A stretch of DNA of 64,000 bases from the IMG/VR virus record IMGVR_UViG_3300031746_000002, positions 1 to 64,000 of that record. One strand, written 5' to 3'. Below the pieces are notes generated by a model. It was not told the origin of the DNA. It worked only from the letters and a program-made list of their open reading frames with translations, and did no database searches. Source of the stretch: a virus. The translations under genes and the position numbers were made by a program. Positions 32,273-41,550 of the stretch are shown one piece after another. Position 1 is the first letter of the stretch; every line of letters begins with the position of its first letter.

Positions 32273-32989
32273 ATGAAGAAAACAATTCTTGTAGACCCGG
32301 GACACGGTCTATATTATAGTACTGCGAAAAAAGTATATGTTTTTCAACGACAAGAAATAAATGGTGTTATTGAAGATTTGCTTACAATTGAAACAGGAAG
32401 TGTTTTAATTCAAAAGCTATTATTAGCGGGATACAATGTTTTATGTACTCGCCATTATGCATTAAAAACAGTAATGAGCAAGGAAACAAAGAAACCTGAA
32501 TATTTTGATGGAGCGTATCTTTTTCTTTCAGAAGATTTGCCAAAGAAAATACCTATTGATTTTAAATTAAATGATATGCATGATGATAATTATAAAAAGG
32601 ATGTTAACTGTAGATTTATATATGCTAATAAAATTAATAAAACGAATCCTATTAGTTTACTTCTTTCGATTCATTATAACGCAGGTGATCCATCTACTAA
32701 TGGAACAGAGGTGTGGTATCAGCACGGACATGAAAATAGAAAAAAGTTTGCAACATTACTTTCAAATATGACAGCTAGGGCATGTGGATTTAAAAATCGA
32801 GGAGCAAAAGGTGAAGATCTTGCATATGCTGCATTAAGAGTTCCCGATTGCTTATCGGTTATTTGGGAAATAGGATTTTTCACCTCTGTTTCAGATTCAT
32901 TTAAGATGAAACAAAATGGATTTTATGAAAGGGTAGCGCAAGCTGCAGTTGATTCAATTATATTTGCAGATAAAAATGGATTATTATAA
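32273..32989 (+). CDS. N-acetylmuramoyl-L-alanine amidase (Amidase_3), endolysin
   Basis: ILVDPGHG, E, LSIHYNA, NGTEVWY and IWEIGF motifs. Confidence 0.9.
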   Translation: MKKTILVDPGHGLYYSTAKKVYVFQRQEINGVIEDLLTIETGSVLIQKLLLAGYNVLCTRHYALKTVMSKETKKPEYFDGAYLFLSEDLPKKIPIDFKLNDMHDDNYKKDVNCRFIYANKINKTNPISLLLSIHYNAGDPSTNGTEVWYQHGHENRKKFATLLSNMTARACGFKNRGAKGEDLAYAALRVPDCLSVIWEIGFFTSVSDSFKMKQNGFYERVAQAAVDSIIFADKNGLL

Positions 32990-32999
32990 GGAGGAATAA

Positions 33000-33671
33000 A
33001 TGCCACCACTTCAAAAAACTGTAAATTTGATTATGCCAAACATTGAATTAAAAAAGGGTATGATACCAATGTATAAATCGAATGAGCGAACTCCGTTCTA
33101 TTATAGTATTGTTGGAAAATTAACTGCAAAACTTGATCCAAAAATTTGCGCAGATAATTTTACTGATCATAGAATTGGCTATGATCATTGTGGATTAATA
33201 GATAAAGAACCATTATATATGCTTCATGAGCATCCACCAAAAGCATCTAGAGACGAACTCAGTCAACTTTTTTGGCAACGAAATATGTTAAATCAGCACG
33301 ATATCGAAATATGGGAATATAATGATGTTTTACCAGATTCAACAATAGATAAAATAATTGCAGAATTTTGGAATCTTGCAGAATTGCGTTGGGATGATAA
33401 GCAGAAAAAATTTGTAGGTTTAAAATATAACTGGCCTGCAATATTTTTATCACCATTTGCATTGATTGGACTTGGTGTAAAAACAAATGCAATGCATTGT
33501 GCAGAGTCTGTTTTTGAATCGTGGAAACATGAAGATATTATTCTTTCAAAACAAGGTCCAAAAGATTGTTTAGTATGTCCCAATGAAATCATAAATTGTG
33601 GTTTATTTAAAAGAGTTTACACAATTAAAATGATTAGCAAAACGAACAAAATAATTATTACATATGCATAA
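33000..33671 (+). CDS. Permuted papain-like amidase (YiiX/YebB, NlpC/P60 superfamily)
   Basis: His before Cys: YDHCGL...GLKYNW...MHCAESV...VCPNEI. Confidence 0.65.
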   Translation: MPPLQKTVNLIMPNIELKKGMIPMYKSNERTPFYYSIVGKLTAKLDPKICADNFTDHRIGYDHCGLIDKEPLYMLHEHPPKASRDELSQLFWQRNMLNQHDIEIWEYNDVLPDSTIDKIIAEFWNLAELRWDDKQKKFVGLKYNWPAIFLSPFALIGLGVKTNAMHCAESVFESWKHEDIILSKQGPKDCLVCPNEIINCGLFKRVYTIKMISKTNKIIITYA

Positions 33672-33675
33672 CTTA

Positions 33676-33744
33676 GGGGTCAGTTTCTTATCTCAATGAA
33701 ATGGGGTATTACGACATAAAGTATCGTAAAAAGAAACTGACCTC
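33676..33744 (+). terminator. Stem-loop at the end of the late operon (terminator or processing structure)
   Basis: GGGGTCAGTTTCTT pairs with AAGAAACTGACCTC; inner hairpin TTACGA/TCGTAA. Confidence 0.5.
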
Positions 33745-33889
33745 GCGTGTTCTTTAAATAGTCTATTAGTTATCATAATCTATAGTTTCAGGCTTCGTTC
33801 TGCTCATTTATAATGGTTCTGTAATAGATATTCATATCTGCCTTAAAAATGACACAAATAAGCTTATCTATATAATAAAGGAAAAGCAT

Positions 33890-33991
33890 ATGGACAACGG
33901 TGATGTTGTAGCAATTATAGCATTTATAATCATTGCAATTTTAGTAATGATTGAGGATAGTATTCGCAGTAATAAAAATGATAAATTATAA
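33890..33991 (+). CDS. 33-aa membrane peptide (not in ORF track)
   Basis: SD AAGGA; MDNGDVVAIIAFIIIAILVMIEDSIRSNKNDKL. Confidence 0.5.
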   Translation: MDNGDVVAIIAFIIIAILVMIEDSIRSNKNDKL

Positions 33992-34033
33992 ATTATTATG
34001 TTTACGTTTTCACCGAAATATAGTATAATATAA
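33991..34033 (+). promoter_or_regulatory. Early sigma70-type promoter P1
   Basis: TTTACG(34001)-17 bp-TATAAT(34024), AT-rich upstream; 43 bp identical to P2. Confidence 0.85.
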
Positions 34034-34065
34034 CTAAGGAAACAGAACAAAGGAGAAAACGAAAA

Positions 34066-34410
34066 ATGATAAATGAAATCTTCTTAGAAAAAGCAAGGAA
34101 GTTAATCACTGCAAAATTAACAGAAGCAACTAAGGAATTAGGATGCCTTCCTCCTGAAATAGGTACCATTCGTTATTCCGCAGATAAGTTCAGATTTAAA
34201 GTTGAAATCTTTGAAGGCCCATCAGCTCAAAATGATACTCATGGAGCAACAGTTACTGTAATTGACCATGACCAAAAATTCAGGCTTCCAAAAATTGGAA
34301 TTTGTAGTTTGATAAAAATCAACAGAACAAAAGCAGTCATTCAATGTGATGCAACGAAGAAACGATATCTCCTTAGAATTAGCGCAATGGAAAAGTACGC
34401 TATAAAATAA
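34066..34410 (+). CDS. Hypothetical early protein
   Basis: First ORF after P1; SD AAGGAG. Confidence 0.65.
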   Translation: MINEIFLEKARKLITAKLTEATKELGCLPPEIGTIRYSADKFRFKVEIFEGPSAQNDTHGATVTVIDHDQKFRLPKIGICSLIKINRTKAVIQCDATKKRYLLRISAMEKYAIK

Positions 34411-34428
34411 AGGAAAAGGAGAACAAAC

Positions 34429-34899
34429 ATGAAAGTGGTGAACAAAACAAATCTCGACACAAACCGCCTCAGAAATCTTTTCACTGAAACAAAAGGTAAT
34501 GTCAAATCTAGCGGATTATTGGTAATCGTTTATAACTGTAATCGATTAGCGCATGGTATGGCTTGGAATGTTAGGTCTTTCAGAATGAACCATAAGCAGA
34601 ATTATATAAAATGTAATGATGCTATCGAACTATGGATTAATACTGCAAGACAATATCCTATAACGACCATTTTAAGATCAAGAGATGGTTATAAATCATT
34701 TATGTGTATTGATCCTTATAATTTGATTACTCTCATTTTTCTACATGAAATTGGGCACGTTAAGGATTATCAAAAAGGTAAATCATCAAAATATAGACAA
34801 ACACATTGTGATGAATATGCTATAAAACAAGCAGAAAAATATGGGATAGCATGGGAAACAAGTAGATTAGTTCCTGTTATAATAAAGGAAAAGGAATAA
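34429..34899 (+). CDS. HExxH zinc metallopeptidase-like early protein
   Basis: FLHEIGH motif followed by CDEYA. Confidence 0.6.
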   Translation: MKVVNKTNLDTNRLRNLFTETKGNVKSSGLLVIVYNCNRLAHGMAWNVRSFRMNHKQNYIKCNDAIELWINTARQYPITTILRSRDGYKSFMCIDPYNLITLIFLHEIGHVKDYQKGKSSKYRQTHCDEYAIKQAEKYGIAWETSRLVPVIIKEKE

Positions 34900-34988
34900 T
34901 ATGAAACTTAAAGATTTGATTTGTATTGGAATAGCAGTTATTTTAGGACAGTGGTTAGTTCAATTAATTTTAAATAAAGGAGGAAACA

Positions 34989-35900
34989 ATGGATTTAACA
35001 CAATTAAAGAATTATGCAGAAACAACAAGGGATATACCAAAAGAAATAAATGCACAGCAGATGATGGCTGAACTTGCATCAGCAGTAAATATTCCTGAAA
35101 AGCATAGCAGGAAATATAGAATTGAACACGAGATAATAAAGCAAGGAACTCCTGTTACTCTTATTAGTATGCGTAATGCTATTTTGATGGGATATAAATC
35201 ACTCAATATTATTTTTGATACTGATTTAAAAATTCATAAATTAAAATCAAAAGATGGTGGGCTTCTTATGAGTGACCATCCACAGGAAATATTCCTTGCC
35301 CATGAAGGATTAAAAGCTGCACATGGAGTAGTTCTCATGGGTGGTTTAGGATTAGGCTATGCAGCAACGAAGCTTGCACAAAGGAAAGATATTTCAAGGA
35401 TATACGTAATTGAAATTGATAAAGAAATAATCAAGCTAATTAAACCACATTTGGGACCAAAGATAACAGTAATAAATGAAAGTATCTATACATTCTTACG
35501 ATGCTATAATTACAAAGTTGATTATGTCTTTTTAGATACATGGTACCAGACTGGTGAAAGTACATATTGGGACACTGTATTTCCTTTAAGAATATTAGCA
35601 AGAAAAAGATTTGTTAAATCTGAAAAGGATATATTCTGCTGGGGAGAAGAAGAGATGTTAGGACAGGTAAAAACATCAATGTGTCATGTACTCAGCGGTG
35701 ATTTGAAACCCTGGAATAAAGCATTGTATGCAGTTCATGTTGCAATCATACGTAAATTAACTAAATCAGATGGATTAAGAGACATACCAACTGTTGTTAA
35801 TAAATTCTTCACAGATGTTGGTTCAAAGGAATGGGAGAAGGAATGGCATTTTTCTAAGTGTCTTAAAATTGCTGATAAAAACTATAAGGAGCAAAAATGA
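34989..35900 (+). CDS. Class I SAM-dependent methyltransferase / spermidine-synthase-like protein
   Basis: VLMGGLGLG, VIEID and VFLDTW motifs. Confidence 0.75.
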   Translation: MDLTQLKNYAETTRDIPKEINAQQMMAELASAVNIPEKHSRKYRIEHEIIKQGTPVTLISMRNAILMGYKSLNIIFDTDLKIHKLKSKDGGLLMSDHPQEIFLAHEGLKAAHGVVLMGGLGLGYAATKLAQRKDISRIYVIEIDKEIIKLIKPHLGPKITVINESIYTFLRCYNYKVDYVFLDTWYQTGESTYWDTVFPLRILARKRFVKSEKDIFCWGEEEMLGQVKTSMCHVLSGDLKPWNKALYAVHVAIIRKLTKSDGLRDIPTVVNKFFTDVGSKEWEKEWHFSKCLKIADKNYKEQK

Positions 35901-36163
35901 ATTTAGTAACTCGTGTAGAAAGAAATGAAAACAATAAACCTTTATCTTGTGATGTAACTTATAATGGGGTTACTATTACTTTTGCTATAGTTAAGAATGG
36001 CGAGATAAGAGATATAGGCAGAAGTTGTAGCTCAAACATACTTTATGACTATGATCAATTCAGAGTATCAAAAATAGTTTATTATAAAATGTTGAAACAA
36101 GCAATGGGAATATTAAAAGGGAAGGTTAAGCATAATGAAACAACACAAACAATTACCAAATAA
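35897..36163 (+). CDS. Hypothetical protein
   Basis: ATGA overlap with upstream gene; SD AAGGAG. Confidence 0.55.
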   Translation: MNLVTRVERNENNKPLSCDVTYNGVTITFAIVKNGEIRDIGRSCSSNILYDYDQFRVSKIVYYKMLKQAMGILKGKVKHNETTQTITK

Positions 36164-36311
36164 TCCTTATCATATTACAGATAAGAAATCAAAGAAACAT
36201 TATTGGATAAAAACTCATTGTAGTACTTGTGGTATTCATAAAGAATTAAATACTAGTTGGCAATTTGAAATATGTTATAGGTCTTGTATACAAAGGAATT
36301 ATATACCTTAA
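36135..36311 (+). CDS. 58-aa Cys-rich protein (not in ORF track)
   Basis: CSTC...CYRSC; fills the gap between neighbouring genes. Confidence 0.45.
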   Translation: MKQHKQLPNNPYHITDKKSKKHYWIKTHCSTCGIHKELNTSWQFEICYRSCIQRNYIP

Positions 36312-36321
36312 GGAGGAAACA

Positions 36322-36534
36322 GTGAAAAAAATTCTAGATGCAACTTGGTTTACTGCTGGAAGCAATTGTATTGGTATTGTTATTATCCAAGACTTAATAA
36401 CAAAAGAAAAGAAAGCATATATTGGATTAGGTAAAGGTCTTGACGAAGGCGAAGATGCAACTGAAATCACAAGTAAAGGTAATCAATTACCATTGGAAAT
36501 ATTACAAGAAATTTGTGCTAAATTAAAAGTATAA
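36322..36534 (+). CDS. Hypothetical protein
   Basis: SD AAGGAGG precedes GTG 36322, in frame with track ORF 36265..36534. Confidence 0.6.
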   Translation: MKKILDATWFTAGSNCIGIVIIQDLITKEKKAYIGLGKGLDEGEDATEITSKGNQLPLEILQEICAKLKV

Positions 36535-36539
36535 TATAT

Positions 36540-36611
36540 TTAGCCTGTGGGTTTTCAGAAGCTTAGTTCACCACTTTCCTTCTGATGAAAGTTTTCCAGC
36601 CCACAGGCTAA
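36540..36611 (+). ncRNA. Intergenic structured element (long hairpin; candidate sRNA or processing site)
   Basis: TTAGCCTGTGGG/CCCACAGGCTAA outer stem and TCAGAAG/CTTCTGA inner stem. Confidence 0.5.
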
Positions 36612-36628
36612 CCTTAAAGGATAAGACA

Positions 36629-36856
36629 ATGAATAATTTACCTGATGGATATGCAGAATTCATAGATAATGTAATGCAACATTTAATGGACCGTGATTAT
36701 AAAATTGTAAAAGTTATTACAATACCAGTTTTTGGGCAAATAATGCAAGTCAATGTTTGCGAAGTAGTTGGTGGAAAAGATGATGGATTAATTTTCGGTA
36801 AAGCTCAGGGTACTAATATTGCAATATTATTGGATAAGAAAGAATATGAAAGATAA
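36629..36856 (+). CDS. Hypothetical protein
   Basis: ORF with SD-like AAGGA. Confidence 0.5.
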   Translation: MNNLPDGYAEFIDNVMQHLMDRDYKIVKVITIPVFGQIMQVNVCEVVGGKDDGLIFGKAQGTNIAILLDKKEYER

Positions 36857-36873
36857 CAGGTGTAAAATAAATG

Positions 36874-36916
36874 AATTATTATGTTTACGTTTTCACCGAA
36901 ATATAGTATAATATAA
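36874..36916 (+). promoter_or_regulatory. Early sigma70-type promoter P2
   Basis: TTTACG(36884)-17 bp-TATAAT(36907); identical to P1 over 43 bp. Confidence 0.85.
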
Positions 36917-36961
36917 TTAAGGAAAAGGAAACAAGGATAAATCGAAACAAAGGAGGAAGGT

Positions 36962-37966
36962 ATGGAAAACCCCAAAGTGGTGAAACTCCTAACATCAGAT
37001 GAAGTTAGGAGCAGGTTAGTAAGTGATACAAAAGGAGAAGCAGTAGAAACAATTACAATGAAAGAGTTTGAATTTGTTGATGAAGCAAAGGATGACATAA
37101 CAATTCTTTCATTAAGGAAAAAAAGATTTGAAGTTGAACCAGATGCACTCGAATCAATCTTCAGGCATGTTGGAGTACCTACCAATTTCTTTTTACGCTG
37201 CAGTAAATCAACGAAGCAGAGTATCTCAAAACAATTCCTTGAAACAAATCCAAAAGAAGTACAGGTGCTTTATGGAGAAAATAGGATTAAAAATATTTTC
37301 TCAACAAAAACACCTTATGTTCCTACACTTGAAGTATTTGATGCAGCCCAAAAATCTGTAGGGAAATCGATGATTGAAACTTACACGCAGAGTAAAGGTA
37401 AGTTCATAATCAACTGGATAACTGAATATGCATCACATCCAGTGAAAGCAGTAAATGACATTTCAAAAGCTGGCATTACAATTGAAATAGGAAAACCAAA
37501 CGTACATTTCGATTTCGGGATTTGTGTAGGTGGTTTCATTTTCCGGCTGATATGTACTAATGGAATGATAACATCAAGGAACGAAATCACACAGGTCAAA
37601 GGTAGTTCAAAGGAAGAAATACTTACTAATATTAAAGGATTAGTAAGTGAGTCCTATGAAGCAGTTACAAAAAAAGAATTGCCAAGATTTGTTCATATGG
37701 CAACTGTACCAATCGACGATCCCGCTAATGCAGTTCACCAGCTGGCAAGGCAGAACCATATTCCAAGAGGTCATATAAAAACATTGCTTGACAGAGTACC
37801 ATCACTCGGGCAGAAGCCCACAATGTATGGAGTTATAAATCTGATAACTTCATATGCAAAAGAAATTCCGGATTATTACCAGAGAAGGAAAGTTCAATCA
37901 TTGGGCGGCGAAGTATTAAGAACTCAGCACAAATGCCCGACATGTCTCCATACTCTGGCATCATAA
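36962..37966 (+). CDS. DUF932-like protein with C-terminal Zn knuckle
   Basis: FRLICTNGM signature, MYGVINLIT, CPTC. Confidence 0.7.
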   Translation: MENPKVVKLLTSDEVRSRLVSDTKGEAVETITMKEFEFVDEAKDDITILSLRKKRFEVEPDALESIFRHVGVPTNFFLRCSKSTKQSISKQFLETNPKEVQVLYGENRIKNIFSTKTPYVPTLEVFDAAQKSVGKSMIETYTQSKGKFIINWITEYASHPVKAVNDISKAGITIEIGKPNVHFDFGICVGGFIFRLICTNGMITSRNEITQVKGSSKEEILTNIKGLVSESYEAVTKKELPRFVHMATVPIDDPANAVHQLARQNHIPRGHIKTLLDRVPSLGQKPTMYGVINLITSYAKEIPDYYQRRKVQSLGGEVLRTQHKCPTCLHTLAS

Positions 37967-38028
37967 TCCGAAACAGGGAGTTAATCACTCCCTGTCTACT
38001 GGGGATAATCTCCCAGTACTGATGAGGA
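37967..38028 (+). ncRNA. Type II hammerhead ribozyme
   Basis: TCC-GAAA, stem III (ACAGGGAGT/ACTCCCTGT), C37996, stem I (TACTGGG/CCCAGTA), CTGATGA-GGA. The conserved core is complete and the cleavage triplet is GUC. Confidence 0.88.
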
Positions 38029-38035
38029 AGATAAA

Positions 38036-38272
38036 ATGAAAATAGATTACATCAAAAAAGAAAATAAAATTATAACTCAGATAGACATACTTCATAAAGG
38101 TATATTATACAGCTTTATGAATAATGAAGGCAGAGCTATTGAAATTAGTAGACGAACTAAAGGTAAATGTAAATCACCGAATTATGAACCTGGAATTGCT
38201 AAAGGATATTATGTTGATATAATAGAACTTGCTAATAAAGCTATTATGAAAAGTTTAAAGAAAAAGGCTTAA
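38036..38272 (+). CDS. Hypothetical protein
   Basis: Its SD (GAGGA) lies within the ribozyme. Confidence 0.6.
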   Translation: MKIDYIKKENKIITQIDILHKGILYSFMNNEGRAIEISRRTKGKCKSPNYEPGIAKGYYVDIIELANKAIMKSLKKKA

Positions 38273-38294
38273 TAATATATAAAGGTATAAAGCA

Positions 38295-40103
38295 ATGAAT
38301 AAGAAAGCATTACAAAATCAAAAACAAAAGCAAGAAATACTTGAAGAACTTGCTAAACACAATATCAATATATCTATTGGTGATACTATATTAACTAGTG
38401 ATGGAGACCTTTATGTAATTGATAAAATAGATAAAGAAGGTATTCATTTAAAAAATCGTTTAGAAGATGACCCTGAACAAAGCCATTATGGAACTATAAA
38501 TGTAAAGGATTTTATAAGCAGAGATTATATCAAGCTGGATAAACCTATAGAAGAGTTTGAAAAAGAACTAGCTAATAATTTTTTAAATCTAGATAAATAT
38601 GAAGAAGACAAAACTGAAAGCACTTCAACTGAAATAGCTGTGAAAAGTTCAAAAGCTCAATTGGTTAATTTGAAAAATTCTTTGGAAGATAAAAAAAGAA
38701 ACATAATGATTTTAGAAAGAATACTTTATGCTAAACGAAACTATATGCAAAGTATAGTTCATGATTTAGAAGAAAAAGTTGAAAAAATATATAAAGTCTT
38801 AGACATCATTGAATTGTATCTTGGCATTTATGAAACAATTATTCAAATACAAAAAGGACCTAAAGCAAAGGATAGTGACCCAATAACATTTCGCCAAGCA
38901 GTATTATTTATGGATGAAGAAGTTGGTGACCCAGAAGATCAAGGTTTAGATTTTAAAAAGATAGAACAGTTTGATGATTGGTTATTAAAAAATTATAAGA
39001 AAATACTTACAGAAGAAAAATGTGTTGTTGTTATGAAACCACGAAGACATGATAAAGATTATGGTGGAAATTGGTATGAAAATTTTATTATGAATAGAGA
39101 AAATCATAGAACATATTTTTTGATTAGGAATGGAATGAATTTTTATAGGATAGACTCTAATATTCATGTTGATAAGTTATTTTTTCCAGGCAAAGATGAA
39201 ATGGAAGAAATATATAAAATAGCTAATGAAGATTTTGGCCATGACAAGGATGAAGCAGAAGATATAATATTAAGCTATAAACGTAATGCATTAATGATGC
39301 AAGGTTTAATTGATAGGACTGAAATATTTCACCCATTGCCTCATTACATTAATATATTCGATCAAAAGACTTATAAAAAAGCAATTCAATTTGTGAGAGA
39401 TGGGGAAACATGTTTACCTGATGGACATAAATCATTTAAAGACTGGAAAGAAGCATTAAATTCAAAAATAAAAATAGGTTCAAGGATTGTATTTTCTGGT
39501 TTTGGACATGGTGAGTTTAGTACTTATGAAAGCAGTCATTATGCTAATCAAGCAAAATATTATCATAGGTTTCCTTGTGTACCAGAAAATATGCCAGAAC
39601 GAGGAATTTATACAGTAGAATTATATTATACATCAAACAGCAGATATAGTGAAGGTAAAGAAATGTTGTTATGTAAATATGCCCAAGGTGGTGAAAGACG
39701 AATTGGTTGGGGTTATGAAGCAATTGAAAGAAAAAATAGGACATCATTTTATTTATATCGAAATGACTATTGCGTGTTTAACTATGATATGTTAGAATTA
39801 GATGATATCGAATTTTATATAAACAGCAGGATTGATAGGGAAAATTATCGTGAGAATATTCCTTTATTATGGGAAATTAAAAAACAACGGTTAAAAGAAC
39901 TTGAATGGGAAAAAGGATTTGTAGAACATTTGAAATTGGAAATTGATTACGATAATAAAAAGGAATTAGAAAAAATAATATGGGACTGTATTACTTGGTG
40001 GAAAAATAAAGTTATTTGGAAACGTCCCATAATGAAAGATGATGCGAAAGCATTGAGAATGATTAAAGGAAGAATAAATAGAATTATAAGGGAGAAAAAA
40101 TGA
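38295..40103 (+). CDS. Large hypothetical phage protein with coiled coil
   Basis: 602-aa ORF; no catalytic motif recognised. Confidence 0.65.
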   Translation: MNKKALQNQKQKQEILEELAKHNINISIGDTILTSDGDLYVIDKIDKEGIHLKNRLEDDPEQSHYGTINVKDFISRDYIKLDKPIEEFEKELANNFLNLDKYEEDKTESTSTEIAVKSSKAQLVNLKNSLEDKKRNIMILERILYAKRNYMQSIVHDLEEKVEKIYKVLDIIELYLGIYETIIQIQKGPKAKDSDPITFRQAVLFMDEEVGDPEDQGLDFKKIEQFDDWLLKNYKKILTEEKCVVVMKPRRHDKDYGGNWYENFIMNRENHRTYFLIRNGMNFYRIDSNIHVDKLFFPGKDEMEEIYKIANEDFGHDKDEAEDIILSYKRNALMMQGLIDRTEIFHPLPHYINIFDQKTYKKAIQFVRDGETCLPDGHKSFKDWKEALNSKIKIGSRIVFSGFGHGEFSTYESSHYANQAKYYHRFPCVPENMPERGIYTVELYYTSNSRYSEGKEMLLCKYAQGGERRIGWGYEAIERKNRTSFYLYRNDYCVFNYDMLELDDIEFYINSRIDRENYRENIPLLWEIKKQRLKELEWEKGFVEHLKLEIDYDNKKELEKIIWDCITWWKNKVIWKRPIMKDDAKALRMIKGRINRIIREKK

Positions 40104-40306
40104 AAAGAATAGAAAAATTAATGCTGAAATATGGAACGGTATGTATACAAAATACTGGAACAAGAACAGAGATATATATCATGCTTGGTGATATGATTGA
40201 GTCTCCAGGTTGTAAATTAATTAGTACAGGTATAACATTGAAACATGCGTTAAAAAATATAGACAATAAAGATTTGAAAGCAATGAGGAGAAAAAATGAT
40301 AAATGA
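40100..40306 (+). CDS. Hypothetical protein
   Basis: ATGA coupling; SD GGGAG. Confidence 0.5.
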   Translation: MKRIEKLMLKYGTVCIQNTGTRTEIYIMLGDMIESPGCKLISTGITLKHALKNIDNKDLKAMRRKNDK

Positions 40307-41096
40307 TAAAACAAAGCTTTTGAAATTCTGTGTAGCTGGATATCGTGGTAAAGTTGGTTCATACATACTTAATGGACTTATAAAATATCTACCAACTGCA
40401 GTGAATATTTATTGTTTTGATACTGGAGACACTGCAGAAGATATATATAAAAGGATAAAGGACTCTGATATTATTTTTAATTGTATATCATTTGAAGAAA
40501 CATTAAATTTTTTAGAATTTCATAAAGAAGATTTAAAAAATAAAATAGTCATTGATCAATCATCTTGGAAAACAGATGTGTTCAATTGGAATATGAAAAA
40601 TAAAGATATCCGCATTGAATACATGCATATATTGTTCGACCCATCAAGAACACCAAAAGAAGATAGGCACATACTTTTGTTTACATCTGTAGATTTAAAA
40701 ATGAACAGATATTATGAAATAGATGGTTTTGATTTAAATGATTTTTGTAAAAAGGGATTAGAAAGTGATTATATGTTTTTCAATGAACCAACATTCAGAG
40801 CAAATAAAGAACAAAGGGAAACTGATCACCATTGTAATCCAAATATTTGTTTGCTTCGTAGAATAATAAAAGAACATGATGAAACAATAGCATATCAACA
40901 ACCTATGTTATATGATGCACTTAATAAAGTTATAAAGGATTATGAAAAGAAATTTCATCGCGACCAGTATGATTATGAAACTAGAAATTTTAAAAAGCTA
41001 AGAGAACTTGTTGATAGGATAAATACAATGAGTCCCACACTGAAACAAGGATTATATAAAAATCCATTCTATAAAAAACTAAAGGAGACAAAATGA
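40296..41096 (+). CDS. Prephenate dehydrogenase (TyrA)-like Rossmann protein, divergent
   Basis: VAGYRGKVG (NAD), IDQSSWK (D..S.K), MHILFDP (cf. HPMFGP) and EHDETIAYQQ (cf. EHD..MA..Q), in TyrA order. Confidence 0.65.
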   Translation: MINDKTKLLKFCVAGYRGKVGSYILNGLIKYLPTAVNIYCFDTGDTAEDIYKRIKDSDIIFNCISFEETLNFLEFHKEDLKNKIVIDQSSWKTDVFNWNMKNKDIRIEYMHILFDPSRTPKEDRHILLFTSVDLKMNRYYEIDGFDLNDFCKKGLESDYMFFNEPTFRANKEQRETDHHCNPNICLLRRIIKEHDETIAYQQPMLYDALNKVIKDYEKKFHRDQYDYETRNFKKLRELVDRINTMSPTLKQGLYKNPFYKKLKETK

Positions 41097-41431
41097 AAAC
41101 ACAAATTTTAGTAGGTAAAGCAGAAGTCAATGGCAGGTTTTATAAGGTTAAAGTAAAAAAGACTATTGACGAAGAGAAGTTTACATTACGTAAGATGAGT
41201 AAAGAAAGATTTGATAAGATAGTTGCTACATATGAAAAAGGACAAGCTGCAGCTGAGAAATATTTTGCAGAGCAAAGGGCTGCAATGGAATATAGGAAGC
41301 AAAAACCAGTGACACCAGCTGAGGTTATTAAAAGTGATGCTGTAGAAAAAATTGCAGAAATAAAAACACTGAAACTGAGTATTTGGGCTAGAATAATGCA
41401 GTTCATTAAAAAGCTATTGGGGAAGAAGTAA
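41093..41431 (+). CDS. Hypothetical protein with C-terminal amphipathic helix
   Basis: SIWARIMQFIKKLLGKK end; SD AAGGAG. Confidence 0.6.
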   Translation: MKTQILVGKAEVNGRFYKVKVKKTIDEEKFTLRKMSKERFDKIVATYEKGQAAAEKYFAEQRAAMEYRKQKPVTPAEVIKSDAVEKIAEIKTLKLSIWARIMQFIKKLLGKK

Positions 41432-41453
41432 TCTGAACAATTTGTTTCAAAGG

Positions 41454-41466
41454 GCTTAATAATTAA
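41454..41466 (+). promoter_or_regulatory. Putative phage middle/late promoter motif GCTTAATAATTAA
   Basis: The exact 13-mer also occurs at 54002 and 58673, each at or next to an intergenic gap upstream of a gene. Confidence 0.6.
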
Positions 41467-41550
41467 GATAGTATGGTATAACCTATACCTTTATGGTTAT
41501 AATTGAGCCAGCGAAGCCCAGCTATCACAGATTTAGTCCAGGGAGGACAA

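Noticed and set aside
36582-36590. CTGATGA in the 36540 hairpin as a second hammerhead
   Set aside because: No correctly placed GAAA, stem II or stem III.
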